NCBI GenBank assembly: GCA_023213395.1
Contig: CM041465.1
Span: 88,109,741 to 88,173,740 of the forward strand
Direction of reading: 5' to 3'
Length of the DNA stretch: 64,000 bases
DNA from: Cycas panzhihuaensis
Lineage: Eukaryota; Plantae; Cycadophyta
The position numbers and the translations under genes are program-made. Positions within the stretch are counted from its first letter, which is position 1. Each line of letters opens with the position of its first letter. The notes below the pieces were generated by a model. The model saw only the letters and a list, made by a program, of their open reading frames with translations, did not search any database and was not told the origin of the DNA. This document shows, in pieces, positions 12,728 to 26,974 of this stretch.

Positions 12728-15677
12728 TGTAAGTGTATACCTAAGTTTGCTAATTGATTTATTGGATGAGTTGATCATACCTTTTGTTGATGATGATTTC
12801 AACCATGGTTGATGTCTATAATAGTATCTCTTTGATCTTTATGAGTCAAGAAGGGTTGCCTAGTTCCTCTGTAAGACATTGTATGTCCTTTTGTTGCTCT
12901 ACTTATATCCTTCTTCATCCTATTTTGCTTTGTCAACTTTATTTTCATTTGGTTTTACTTTTATTTCCCTATTTTCTTCTCATCCCACTACCCTTCTTAC
13001 CCATCTTACCTTTTTTCTGTCATCCCATGTTGATTGGTGAGTATTTTTATCAATTTTTTTTTACAATAAACTCGTATTTACCAATACTTCACAATATTGT
13101 ACCAAACTGTACGGTACTAATTTTTTCACTTGCAAATTTTTTTAGACATACATTTGGTCACACATTTATGGTGCCCAAACATGGGTCTCATTTAATGTCT
13201 AGCCAAATCCATAGATAACCCATTGGTTTTATTAAAACCATGGGCCATGTCATATCCAAAAATCATGTCTCCCATCATTTTGGGCCAAATCCACGGGCAT
13301 GTGCTTATGCATTTATATCCATGGTTTCCTTCCACCTAATTGGCCTAAAACCATGAGCTTGGACCTCCACCCTTAGCTATATAAACTTCCCTTTTTTCTA
13401 ATAGAAGGGGGTGTTAAGAGATTTCATATTAAGTAATTGTTATGTTATCAAAATCCCATTAGAATTATTAAATCCTCATTGGTCTTCATCTTGGCTTCCA
13501 CTTTAGGCTTTATTATGCTTGCCACTTACATTGGAGTGTTTGTTGGCTAGAGTTACATTTCCATAGGCAACCACTTCACCTTTCAAAATGGGGTAATTCC
13601 CTCTACCACTTTAGTTGCCTCTTTGTCCTAATATTTGAATTAGATTTTTTATGGTTTGTGGAGCATTACTTTGCATCCTCTTTTTTCAGTTTAATATTAT
13701 TTTATTTCTTATTTTTCCACTCTCATTCTACTTGTTTTACCCTCATTCAAGTATTAAGTGTCTTATGAAAGGAAGAGTGACCTAGTGTTGATTGGTAAGT
13801 CACTAAAGGACCCCTTATGAGTCAAGAGTAACCTAGTATTAATTGGTAAGTCTCTAAGGCCATCTTCCCGACATCCCATCAGTCATCTAGTTATTCTGGG
13901 TATTTTACTTCACATTTCAATTATATATATATCCTCTATATTGTGAATTTGGTGCATGCTATTAAATTTTTTATATATGGAGGAGCTTATCTTCTTATAG
14001 GTTTTGAGACTGTTTGGAGTAGATTAGACCCCTTGTCCTCCCTTCCTTCTTAATCCCCTTCTCATCAAGTTTGAGTGCCTATTATGTAACTAGCATGTTA
14101 TTAGAATTTTACCATAGACATCAAATATAAAGTAAGTAATAAACCTCCTTTTTTGACTTTTTTCATGATATTTAAGGTTATATTAGAAACTATTTTCTAT
14201 TATAATTCAATCCAAAGTAGAGATGTTGCCAAAATTTTGGTAGAAATTTACTTTTTTATGGTAACATGATCAACTAACCTTATTGTGAGTATGTTTAATA
14301 ATTTGGCATATAAAAATTGCTATAAAAAATATAAAAATCATGGATTTTGGTAGTTTGCTAACTGTTCCTTGCCAAATGCCTCATAAATAGTCCTTTTTTC
14401 ATTTTTAAACAAAAGAGAAAAATGTCATTCTTTTATTTGATAGTTTTGTTTTGAAAAAGGGAAAGGTAGGAAATATTAATTTGCCTACTTGTTTAAGCAT
14501 CCATGATTGATATTCTTTCACCCTTGCCCTTAAGACCTTTGTTTGCTTTATAAAGAGAAAGGAAAACTTAAAAAAAGAGAGAGAGAATAAAAAGAACTTA
14601 TTTTTATTATATTTTGCATTACATTGTGCATCTTCTTTTGGTGACATATGCTTATTTTCAAAGGCCAAATGAAGGAGAGGGTCATACTTGTTATGAGTTC
14701 TTATATCGATGGGGCTATATTTACTTTTAATTAGTTAGGATTCTATGTTGTTTTCATGTAATTAGAAGTGCATATTAGCTACATTAAGGTTTTGTCTCTC
14801 TACTTCTTTAGTACTCATAGGACAAGGTCCTTCTTTCCACTAAAGAGGGGGGTAGCTTCCTTTCTATCTAAGTGTCATTGTTGGATGAGAGAGGTCATCT
14901 TATGCCTTTAGGTGTTGAGTCTCCCATTTGTATTTCAAACAAGTAGTTCAAGGGCACTCATCCTTGCCACATACTAATGTGTGAGGCATGGACAATCAAG
15001 TGAACTCTATCTCTCATGTTGAAAGTAGTGACTTCTATCTTCATTCACCCTCTTGAGATTCATTAGAATCAGATGTGGGCACTGTAGAGCCACTCTTACA
15101 TTCATGTAAGAGCCATATCCAGTATTGACGAGTCCCCACCAACTTATCCATAAGAGGATCTATCCTATGGTATTTATTCCCTTAGACCTCTCATTCTAAG
15201 AACTCCCTTCTTTTTCTCATAGATCAAGTTTGTCACATTAGGTTGACTAGGAGCCAGGGCATTATAATAGGTCAATTATCTAGGGGGGGTATATATTCCA
15301 TAAGTTAGGCATGTAGTTATGTAGTAGTTATGGGCACTCATGCTTGATTGACCTCCTTACACAATGAGGATATTTGTGTCTTATTTGGTCCTTTTGAGAA
15401 TATTAACATAGGTTGATTGATATTATCTTAGCATTTACTAGCCATATTTCATTCAACTCTATTTGTTGGTCATTGCATATTTATTTCATCTACATGATTG
15501 TATTGTCATTTCATCTTTGTATCTAGTAGTTAGCATTGTCCTTTTATTTTGGTTTTCCCCTAGCACTTCACACACATGCCACATTGCCCTTAGTCCTAGC
15601 TAACCAATTAAGTGTCATCTTCCCCTCATTTGTGTACACAAGATGTATGAGCACCCTACAAGGGGTGTATACTTATA
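12728..15677 (+). mobile_element. Probable solo LTR (~2.95 kb) of a related large-LTR Gypsy
   Basis: Imperfect terminal inverted repeats TGTAAGTGTATACC ... GGTGTATACTTATA; CTATATAAAC at ~13377; repeated CCATGG-type motifs upstream; no coding domains; TSD not clean (cgttt/ccttc). Confidence 0.42.
13762..13859 (+). repeat. Two ~52-bp tandem copies, each containing TG|GTAAGT
   Basis: cttatga..aagagt(g/a)acctagt(g/a)tt(g/a)attggtaagt occurs twice. Confidence 0.8.
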
Positions 15678-15724
15678 CCTTCCTTTTCTTGAGTCCCCCT
15701 CACCCTTTAGGCCTACCATGAGGC

Positions 15725-17850
15725 AATGATTTATATGTCCTCTCCCCTAACTTATCTATATTTAGTTATGCTACTTCAAGAAGTACACATATTTACTTCT
15801 TTCTATATGTCTTTACACCTAATTTCTGTGATACTTAGTACAATATACTTTAGTAATCTTTACCTAGATCTTAATATAGAAGGTGAGCCCATTTAATTTT
15901 AATACTTAAAATTTTAGGAAGCAAGTGTACCATACTTATTTTATACTTTGATCAAGCATTTTTATTTTCTATTAGTTTTTTATATTCTCCTATAGAATGG
16001 ATGAAGATATAAAGAATTAGATGAATGAAAAAGAAGGGACCCATATGGAGACTTTCATTTATTTGAAGAGTATACAACTATATAACATTATGGGTTTATC
16101 GGGTTTGTATTTTACTTACCCAAGTATGTACCACCCAAAATATTCTTCATGGACACATGTAAACAACTATCTTTGATTAGAGGTAGATTGCACCCTAGAT
16201 TAAAAAAGACACCATATCAGTCTAAAGAGGTTACTATTGAATTTGGAAAACTTGGGAGTGGGGGGAAGTATAATTGGTAGGTGCACCTTTAGGATAATGT
16301 AGATTAAAGAATATCCCACCAAGGTATTATGATCCTGATGGGATAATGGAAAAGTATATTAGAAGTATTAGGATGACTCCAACCACACACCAATTTGATA
16401 ATCTTGAGGTGTATAGAAGTGAAGAGGATGATTAGTATAAAATTAGGCTAATATTTCATTTTGGAGAAGATCTAATTAAGTTATAGATGGTAAATGATGC
16501 TATAATAACACCTCTAAAAGAGGGAGTTGGACCTTAGAGGGAAAATAAGAAGGGAAAAAGGACAAAGCTAAAAGAAGAGCTTGCAAATGGAGAAAAGAAA
16601 AAGAAAAGGAAGAAGCATCTTACTTCTACATATTCTACATAAATAACTCCTTAACAAAATCTAGTAGAAGTTTACTTATTAGAAGAAGAATAAAAAGGTA
16701 TTAATGGGTAAATTGAATGAACCATCACTTTATCCTTCTCCCCTTTTAACAAAGAAGTTATTTTCTCCTATTAAGTTAGTGCCATAACCTATAATTGAGG
16801 CAATACTAATTTATCTTTCCATAAACATAACAGAATCTCTGTAGATATTAAGAAAACCCATACATTCGTAGGAGGACTATGATGCATCATCTCATGCATA
16901 GGTCAACCACCTTAAGGGTGTCACAGTAATATAGGAAATAGAATAGGAAGTAGTAAAGCAAGTGCTAATAAAAGAGAAAACAATAACTAATACAAACCCA
17001 ATAAGAAGTTGAATAACTTGAAGGATATCTTAGGCAACAAGAATAGTAAGAACAATGTACCCATAATTTTTAAGAAAATGCACAAAAGGAGTAGAAGCAA
17101 ACTTCAAATATATAACTAGAAAGTCAAGATGATACCTCAAAGAAGTGATAGTAGGGCTCAAGCTTGATCCATAGGTCATTAAGCAAGTGAATAATAAGCA
17201 ATTAGAATTAACTCCTATGCAACTCTAAGTATTTGACATAGTATTGAGGAAAGGAGGAAAGGTTCCATTAGTGGAGCATGAAGGATAAAAGTTTGAAGGA
17301 AGTTATGGTGAACGGAAGAAAAACAAGTTAAGATAATCTCCTAGCCAGCTAAATGGAGTCTATGCACTTACATTTATCTACTAGGCAGTTGGTGAAGGAT
17401 AAAGTATCTACTCTACAAGATTAATTAAAATAAAAAATATAAGAGAATGAAGCCTTAAGAGCAAAGAATTTGGCTTTAATCCTAAATCTAGATCAATTTA
17501 AATACACTTGACAAGGAATTATTAGACAAGTGCTTGGAGAATTGATAGAGCTATAAATGGACATCATACGTAAAAGTTTAGTAGTTGTTGTAAGAGCTTT
17601 GTAATCAATTAAAAATCATCTAGATAAAATCTTTAAGGAGGATAAGTTCTTAAGGCCTCATATATAGAAACTCTTTAGCAATATTTTTTTCTTTTCATAA
17701 GAAGGTGCAAAATCTCAAAAAGGTGGTTGCTAAATTATAAACAACAAACTCTATAGAATTAGAGGACATACTACTCAAAACTTTCTTTGAACAACAAGAC
17801 CAAAGGTTTGATCTAATCGAAGATCAAGTATACATGTTAGAATAAATTAT
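15725..17850 (+). pseudogene. Degenerate accessory (non gag-pol) ORF of an LTR retrotransposon
   Basis: Fragments FTSFYMSLHLI, EGEPI*F, GDFHLFEEYTTI, FYLPKYVPPKIFFMD, followed by K/E-rich and heptad-like stretches; many deamination-type stops. Confidence 0.5.
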
Positions 17851-18559
17851 GGAGATAGCAAATCCACTTCTAATTTAAAATTTACATATAAAGATAGCAA
17901 TAAAAATAGATACATCTTCGTCAATTTTGACTTCAAAGAAATAGAGCAAGATTGCCTAATAAAACTATGTATACATGTCTAACAAGTAAATGTATGGTAT
18001 TAGAAATCAAGTAATTAATGATGAAAAATAGGGACAAATAGTTAAACACTTATAATCTAGTTATTGATTAGTTATTATATGTTCCACTAATAAACTTGAA
18101 ATTTGGGAAGGTAGAAAGAATGAAAATTATCTCTAACTATATTTCTATTATTATGGTTGTTTCAATGATAGTGCTAAAGAATGAAAGTTCTTAGACTAAT
18201 TTTTTGTGATTATAGTTACCTCAATGTCAATATTAATAAGTGACCTACAATGGCTTCTCTAAAGGGAAATCTATAAAGAATATGAAGATAACGGGGAGGG
18301 AGGTCAACAAAGCATGGTATTGCTTGGGTGTGTTTAATGGTATTTGATTGATTCTTATCCTGGATACTATGATTCTAATGAGGAGGGTGGGTTATATTTG
18401 CATCAAGAAAAGCCTTATTTCCAATAAGCCTAATGATTAATAAACTTTTCAATAAGTATAACATCTAGATGTTACAGGGTTCACCTTACCTGCTTGATTC
18501 TTTTCTACTAGTTTGTATTATAGGATCCATCTTGGTAGCCTAAAGTACTTAGTTGTCTT

Positions 18560-18874
18560 TGAGAAAAATGGAGACATAGCAGAGCAAAAATATATCAATC
18601 CATTATTTGAAAAAATTAACTTAATCTTTAAACTTTGGTGGTATTAAAAAACACTAGGGTACTATGCCCTTATTATTTATAGATTGGGAGGTGGGCAAGA
18701 GCCCGCCTCAACTGACATTATTTGACAATAAAATAATAATAAAGCATTTGATAAAATAAACTTACCTTTATCCATTGATGACTGAAGTCATCTTGAAATG
18801 GCTAGGGTAGCTCACACACTTCCAAAGCACATTTACACACTTTTAATAAATGATAATAAACATTAATGCTCATA
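18560..18874 (-). repeat. 3' LTR of Copia B
   Basis: Direct repeat of 26003-26316, roughly 80% identity by eye. Confidence 0.92.
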
Positions 18875-18884
18875 TTCTCCCCTA

Positions 18885-21800
18885 TAATGTTCATTACATG
18901 TAACTCCATGCTTTTCTTTAAATTTATGGAACTTACTTTTTCCAAGTTCTTATGTAAAGATGTTTGTTGCCTGATATTTTATGTTGTAATATACTAACTT
19001 TATTTCACTTGTTTGGATAAGTTCTGGAATGAAATGATATTGCATCTTAGTATGTTTGGTTTTACCATGGAAGACTAGATTATGTGTCATTTGAATGGTG
19101 CTTTGATTATCACACCAAATCTTGATAGGACCATTATGTTCCATCTAAAGATCATGTAGTAGTCCACGGAACCACACTATTTCATATGCACTTAAAAATA
19201 CTATCCTATATGCTACTTTTACTATAGATAATGAAATAGTATTCTTCTTTTTAAAACTACATGTAATAGCTACTGAACCTAAGCTGAATGTATACCTAGA
19301 AGTAGACTTTCTATCATCAATATTTAGTTAACCCATAGTCTATTATACCTTTTAAATACCGTAGAATATACTTAATTACTTAACAATGAGAAGATTTAGG
19401 TGGGTCTTGCATAAATCTTGATATAACACTAACTACATGCATGATATCAGGTCATGTAGATGTCAAATATATCAAGTTCTCAATCAATTGTCTATATAAT
19501 GTGGGATCCACTAATGTAGAGTTATCAAGTTTGGATAGTTTAATACCAAATTCAACTGGTATAAATAAAGCCTTGCAATCACTCATCTTGAACTTTTGGA
19601 GTAAGTCTAAGGTGTATTTTCTTTAAGAGATAAAAATACCATCATTATCCTGCTATACTTTAAATCCTATGAAGTAGTGCATCAATCCTAAGTCAGTCAT
19701 TTCAAACTCTTTACACATGTCATCTTTAAATTCTTAAGAGAGGTGGGAATCATTTCCTATATAGATAAGGTCATCAAAATAAAGTCCCATAATTAATATA
19801 GAATCCCCTTTAATTTTAATATATAGATTCATGTCCAATTGGGCTCTTTCAAATCCTTGGTCTCTAAAATATTTATTTATCCTAAAGTATCATGCTTTAG
19901 GTGCTTGTTTTAAACCATAAAGTGTCTTTTTCAGTTTATACACTTTATTTTCTTTCCCCTTAACTTTAAAACCTTTTGGTTATTATACATATATATTTTC
20001 TTCAATGTATCCATTAAGGAATGTGCTTTTAACATCCATTTGATGAACATCCCAAACTTTTTATGTAGCCAGACTCAACATCATATGGACTATTTTCATT
20101 CGTGCAATAGGAGTAAAAGTTTGACTATAATCTGTGTCTTCTCTTTAGGCATATCCCTTGGCAACAAGTCTAGATTTATGCTTGTCAATGGATCCATCAG
20201 ATCTGAATTTGGTCTTGTAGACTCATTTGGTTCCAATGGTAGTTTTATTAGGAGGAAGGTCAACAAGTTCCCATGTGTCATTTTTCACTATAGAATTGTA
20301 TTTTTTTTCCATAACTTTCCTCCATTCATCATGAGTATCTACCTCTTTAAAAGCATAAGGCTTATGGGCTTCCATTAGTTGACTCATAAGGGTAGAGTTA
20401 ACTTGATGTGAATGGGTAGATCTTCTATCATAGTTATTGTCTAAAATTTTATCTAAGTCATGACTTCTTTGAATCCATTTGGGGAATCTTTGAGGTTAAA
20501 AGGAGGTTCCCTCACCACTTGGTATTAATACATCAATATTTTACCTTCATATACATAGACCTAAGAGATGAGTTAAAGTTTATCATAATATTCTTGCCTT
20601 TATCTTGAACACAATTTGAGTGATAATATTCATCCTCTTTGAACACGACATCTCGACTAACCATAACTTTCCTTTCTTTGGGGTCATACACCTTATATGA
20701 TTTGGGAACATCACTATACCCAATAAATATATACTTAGTACTCTTGTCATCAAGTTTGATTCTCTTTTGTTTAGGAACATGGGCATAGGCTAGGTATCCA
20801 AAGATTCTCAAATGATGAATACTAAGTTTGTAACCAGTTCATACTTCTTTGGATATCATCTACCTAAGGGCCTTAGTGGTATACCTATTTTGGAGGTAAA
20901 TTATAGTGTGGACAACTTCTGCCTAAAACCCATGTTCCAACTTCTTATCTTTTAGCATACACCTAGCCATTTCAACTATGGTGCAATTTTTCTATTTAGT
21001 AATCCAATTTTATTATGGAGTGTAGGTGTTAGTGTATTGTCTTCTAATACCATGATATATACAATAGGTATTAAATTCATTAGAAATAAACTCTCCCCCA
21101 TTATCTGATCTTAAAGAGAGTATCTTGTATCTACTTTACTTTTCCACAAAGGTTTTGAAATCCACAAAACATTAGAATGCATCTGATTTGAATTTCAAAA
21201 AATAAATCCATATCTTTCTTGTATAATCATCAATGAATATAAGAAAATACTTTGCACTAGCTAATGATGGGACATTCATAAGACCATAAAGATCTGTATA
21301 GATTAAATGAAGTGGTCCCTTTGCTCTATAACTTCCATCAGGAAAACTTTCCCTATGTTATTTTCTAAGAAGACAATCTTTATAAATGCCCTTATCAGCT
21401 TTAATTTGTAGTAGTCCTTTAACCGTATTTGTTTTCTTCATAAGAGCTTAGCTTCCATAATTTAGTTGGCTAAATCTTTTGTGCCATATGTCATTATCTA
21501 TTTTGATTGTAGTCTTCAAAGCATAGTTATTTGAGGGGGTTAAAACTAGCTTGAAAAGTTTATCCTTAATCATTTTTCCTTTTGCAACCACCACTTCATT
21601 CTTCCTCTTGTCCTTAATAGTGCATTCACCATTATCAAATATGACCTTATAATCCTACTCCATCATTTATCCCAGTGATAGAATATTTTTCTTTAGAGAT
21701 GGAACGTGTAGAACATCATCAAGATATCTATCTTCACTTATATCTATCATGATGATAACTTTATCTCTTCCAATAGATTTATATGAGGTATCATCTCTAA

Positions 21801-23059
21801 ATATTATTGATCCCTTTCTAGTTCTATCAATAGTTTGAAATATTTCCTCTTTATGAGTCATGTATGTAGAGCAACCTAAGTTAATATACTAAGAATCCTA
21901 TTCCTTCTCATGTGCAACAAAACTTGATAGGAATAGGCAATCATTCTCTTTAGTTTCAACAACTGTATCAACACTACCCCTTATAGGAGGGCCATTCTTA
22001 GCAAAGTACCTATCTTTAATATGGCCAATTTTGTGGCAAAATATATAGTGAATTATATCCCTTCCTCTTTGGTTAAGACTCTTGCTTCTAGGATGTTCCC
22101 TATCAATAAAGGAAGTTCTTCCTCTTTCCAAGAATTGACCTTAATTATCCCTTTGTTTGTTACGTGAATGATTAAAGTTGGGCCTCTAAAAGTTGGTATG
22201 ACCTTGATAATTTTAGCCACATTGGTTTGTTGCTTAACATCTCTCTTGACTTTGATATCTTTGTTGACTATGATATCTTTGATTTCCTCCTTGATTTCTT
22301 TGGTGGGGAGCTTGGTATCTAGGTTGATGTTCTTAATGTCTCTTATCTAGGATTTTTGTCTCTTCCCCTTAGGGATTGGTTCCTAGATCTTGAACTTTTA
22401 GCTTGGGAGTTAGACTTGATCCTTGCTTTAGTTATAAATGCATATTTTAGGGATTCACTTAAGCTTTTCTTCTCTTCAACTGCCATTAACATGATACTCA
22501 ATAATTCAATCTTTAATGTACTTAGGTCTTTTGAGACTTCTATCCTTATTGATACTATTTCAAATCTCTTTATTTAACCAACACACCTAAGAATCCTTTT
22601 AACAACCTTTTATTTAGTTAAGATTTCACCAAGATATCTCATCTGATTTACAATGTCTAAAACCTTTATTATAAATTCATAGATAGATTCATTTTGCATC
22701 ATCCTCAAGTTTTCAAACCTTCTCCTTAATGTTTGGAGCTTAGATGAGTCTACACCTTCATAACTGAGCTGCAAAGTATCCCATGTCTCTTTAGACTTAG
22801 ATGCCTCATTAATCCTTGGAAAGATGTGGTCTTCTAAGGTACAAAAAATTAAAGCCAGAGATTTATTATCTTTTTTTACACATTTTTTAAATATTTATTT
22901 TTCTACTTTAGTTGTATTTTAACCAAGTTTTATATAACCTATCTTTATAATGTCCTATATATCTTTAGTAATGAGAATGGGTCTCATCCTTCTACTCCAA
23001 TTTAAGAAATTTGATCCATCAAATTTAGGAATGACTATGTTACTAAAACTAGTTACCAT
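18885..23059 (-). pseudogene. gag-pol of Copia B (gag, zinc knuckle, PR, INT, RT, RNase H)
   Basis: Start MVTSFSNIVIPKFDGSNFLNW; CHKIGH; DDVLHVPSLKKNILSLG; RIFGYLAYAHVPKQKRIKLDDKS; IWCDNQSTIQMTHNLVFHGKTKH. Confidence 0.93.
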
Positions 23060-23302
23060 TATATTTCAAAATAAGTTTATTCAAATGTTCCTAAGCTATA
23101 GTTTTCTTAAGGTATAATTTTGAAATAATATGTTCTATTCACTAAAATGGTTGCTAAGCTTTAAGTTTATAGGTATCTAAGAAAGCCTTCAATTGTTATT
23201 TTGTCTAATAGGGCCTACTCACAAGTGACAAATCAAGAACTTAATATACCAGTATATTAGTATTAGGCTCTATATACCTTAGTACATGGACTGCAAAGAA
23301 GG

Positions 23303-25348
23303 TGTAAGACCCCCCTGACTTGTTAAACTACCTACGCTAGACTTATGCCTAACGATAGATCTAGTGGTGATGGTTTAATAACCAAAGGTACTCACCCTCT
23401 CCAAGTCTAGACTTGGTCTCCAAACTCTAAAAATGATAAGTTTCTCACCTTAGTCTACCACCTAATACACCTGATGGACAATGATATTCTTCATCTAATA
23501 TGAGTAGGCCAAGAACATCTACATGGTGGTAACTTCAGGGGTCCTAACTGTTCTCCTTACAAGGCTAAAAAATAGGAGGTTCTTTTGGGAGTATATCTTG
23601 TTTAATGTAAAAAATATATTTTATTTGTGGTTTTATTTAGCAAATAGATTCCTTCTTAATCAATAAATGTAAGTAACTTGATAATGAAACGAGATCTATC
23701 TCTTTAAATGAAATCAATGTAAGATGAATGCACTTTTTGAATAAAATATACATGAAACAAGTAAGCTTTCAAAGTGATGCAAATAAGCCCTAAAATAGTA
23801 TGAAATAAAAAGGAAATAAAATAGCCTTTAAATAAGCTTGTAAACATGTAATAAGATACACTCTAAGTAAACTTTTTAAATGCAATAGAAGAACCTTAGT
23901 TGATCATTAGAATAAACTTTAATAAAGAGGTAAGATGATCAATAAATGATAAGCAATGTGAGCTTAATATGAGCCTCAACATAAAGATGAATAAATTGAA
24001 GATAAATTTAAAAGTAAATAGGCTTTTAAGATGCACTAACTGCACTTTATATAAGCCTTTAAGGTACAAAGAGATAGCATATATGCACTTTGAAATATAT
24101 TTTAAAAAATAAAGTAAATTAACCCTTAAATGAACAAAACAAGCTTGATATAAGTTTTAAAGTAAAATAAATGAGCTAAAAAATGAAATAAATAATAGCT
24201 TTAAAATAGAGTTATTTAGAGTTTAAAAAGCACTTATTTATGAAAATGGTGTCTAAAGATCTTTTTCTCCTTAAAGTGGCCAAATTTCACTAAAACTGAA
24301 AAAAAAAAAAATAGATGTGAGCCTCTAAAAAATAAGTGAAATTAGTCAAAGATGGATTAGTATCTCAATAAAATATAAATCTGCTTGAATGGAATAATTA
24401 AATAGCTCAGAAATATTGAAAAAAACATAGACTTAGGCCAAACAAAAGGGCTGATTTTAGTAATCTTAAATTCCTACAAAATAACTTTAAATCATAATAA
24501 AATCAGTTTTGGTACATAGTTTATCGAATTATTTTTCTAATGAATCTAGTCATTCAAAAAATAGACTCTTGGATCAAAAGTTATAAGTAAAATAGTGAGG
24601 TTACCTTCTTATGGTGAAAAAACTAAATAGGGGAGGGGGTTAAGCCCTTTTAGAATGGAACCCCTGGTCACTTGGAGGGCTCTGAAGACCAACTACTGAT
24701 CAACAAAAGGGACTAATGGACCCCAAAAATTATTATAAAATTATAAAATTTTTAAAATCCAAAATTATCAAATATACCCTAATGGGTTTTCAAATCTGCC
24801 CTTAGATTTAAAAAATGAGGTCGTATTGAGCCTCAATGGGACCAATGGCTAAGGTTAAATGGGGACTAATGGACTTGAAAAAATATAAAATATAATTAAA
24901 TAGTTTAAAATCTAAAACTTTTAAAAAGGATTTAATCTAGTTTGAAATCCAACCTCTTTTATAAAAATCATGGTCACGTGGAAGGTGTAGGTGACCATAG
25001 ACAAAAGGCAAAGGGGGCTATATTATTCTTAAATATTATACAATATAATTAAATGTCTTAAAAACTAAAAAGATTAAAAAGGATTAATAAAAGTTTGGGT
25101 CTAAAAAAAACACAGTCACGTGTACTAAGCATATGACCATCAGTTGGGGCTGAACATGGGCTAGTGCGCAGATTTGAAACCAAAATCCAATCAAATTAAT
25201 TTTAATCAGAACTTTTAAAATATATATATAAATCAACCCAACATGATCAGATGTTAACCATGTGACCAATCAAATGAGAATACTATGTAAAAGCTAAATG
25301 AAATTAATCAAAGACCAGATTGAATTAACAAAGAATGGATTGAAAAAG

Positions 25349-25396
<48 letters not shown>

Positions 25397-25410
25397 TGAC
25401 TAAGCCTACA
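23303..25410. mobile_element. Probable solo-LTR-like insertion in the leader of Copia B
   Basis: Begins TGTAAGACCC and ends GCCTACA; three ~150-bp subrepeats at ~24710-25090; no matching TSD seen. Confidence 0.45.
25354..25393. repeat. (TA)20 microsatellite
   Basis: Direct reading. Confidence 0.97.
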
Positions 25411-26002
25411 AAACTCACAACCTTAGATCTAGCAAGATCCAGCTTAGCTCAACTCTCTCATTTGTGAGTTGTCTTAGTTCCTTGTGTCTAAGACAATGTT
25501 GGAGAGCTTAGATGATCTAGGTATGTCCCATTTTATAATACAAAAAAGACTAAATTCTACGTCAAATCGGTGTGGATAGACTATGGCATAATGAAGAACA
25601 GAGATGGAGTGCAACTATTGAAATATTCAAAAGCTATTGAAAGAATCCACTCATTTCCAATTAGGGTCGTGTACATTGATTAATATACTGTTGAAAATAT
25701 ATAGCACTAAGGTCGAGTCTCCGAAGTCTCGGTGCTTACTACTACTTCATAGTCACCGTATTATTAGAACCACATCCCCACATGCTTGCAATCTCATGCC
25801 ATGAATTTTTATGTAGAGAAATAAGTAAGGGAAGCTCATGCAGTTGTGAGAGCCCCTTTTTCTAAAGTTCTAGTAGGTATGTATAAGTTCAACTTCAAGT
25901 GTTGGCTTAGAGAGATTATTTCAATCTAATGGACTTTGATATGAATGGTAAATTATAGACAAATTATAATATGTATCAAATAGATGTCAATATGGTACCA
26001 AA

Positions 26003-26316
26003 TGAGAGTTGCGGAGCAGAGTAGAGCAAAAATATATCAATCCATTATTTTAAAAAATTAACATAATCTCCAAACTTTGGTGGTGTTAAAAAACATCAGG
26101 GTACTACAAACTTATTATTTATAGATTGGAAGGCAGGTAGGAGCCTACCCCAACCAACATTATTTAAAAATAAAATAATAATAAAATATTAAATAAAATA
26201 AACTTACCATTATCTATTGATGGCTAAAGTCAACTTGAAATGGCTAGGGCGGCCCGCACACTTCTAAAGCACACTTACACACTTTTAATAAATGCTAATG
26301 AACATTAATGCTCATA
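26003..26316 (-). repeat. 5' LTR of Copia B
   Basis: Direct repeat of 18560-18874; followed on the minus strand by tggtacca. Confidence 0.92.
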
Positions 26317-26974
26317 GTCTTTGTAATCAAACTATATAATTATTTTAACCTAGACATTTATAGTTGTAATTTAATCTTCTAAAATTTAGTAAGATAATTC
26401 TATTTATTCTTAATATATTATGAAAGTTGTCTGATGGATTATAGATAAATGAGTTATTTCTTTGAAGATTAGAGGCATGCTCTATATTGTGACTTATACA
26501 TATGAAATGATTTTTTCGCATGCTTTACTCAAGATCCATTATTGATGCTCATAAGAATGTTAGCTTGGCTTAACCAGTAACATTGTATTTTCTTTAATAA
26601 TTGGATGTTGAGAACATGTAATATGTTTTATTTTTTGTGATGATGTTCATGAGAAATATTGTGAACATTTAGTTATTGCTCAAAGAGATAAGTTTGTTAT
26701 TGTATTCATATTTTCTATTTAGTTCTCTCCATTATGTTCTAACATACCCTTCAATAAAAGTCATTTGTCTCATTGGTTAAACATACATTGATCAAGACAT
26801 CAACTCATATTAATACTAAAATTATATAATGGTGGGATAGGGTATCTTAATTCATGTAAATAAATTATAACCATAAGTTATGCACTTTCCTAATATTAGC
26901 TTGTGAATATACAAACTAATATATAAAATATGACTTGGACTAGCATTAGGAATGGTTAAATCAATAATAAAAAT

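Larger units (their letters stand above)
18560..26316 (-). mobile_element. Element B: full-length degenerate Ty1/Copia
   Basis: LTRs 18560-18874 and 26003-26316; TSD GTCTT at 18555-18559 and 26317-26321; PPT at ~18875-18885; degenerate iMet PBS near 25991-26000. Confidence 0.93.

Noticed and set aside
12784-13218. 144-aa hydrophobic ORF
   Set aside because: T-rich LTR-like sequence with a non-ATG start and no recognisable motif
15884-15995. Possible intron in the accessory ORF (GTGAG...TAG)
   Set aside because: It reads as a continuation of the decayed coding frame (EGEPI*F*...), so an intron is not needed
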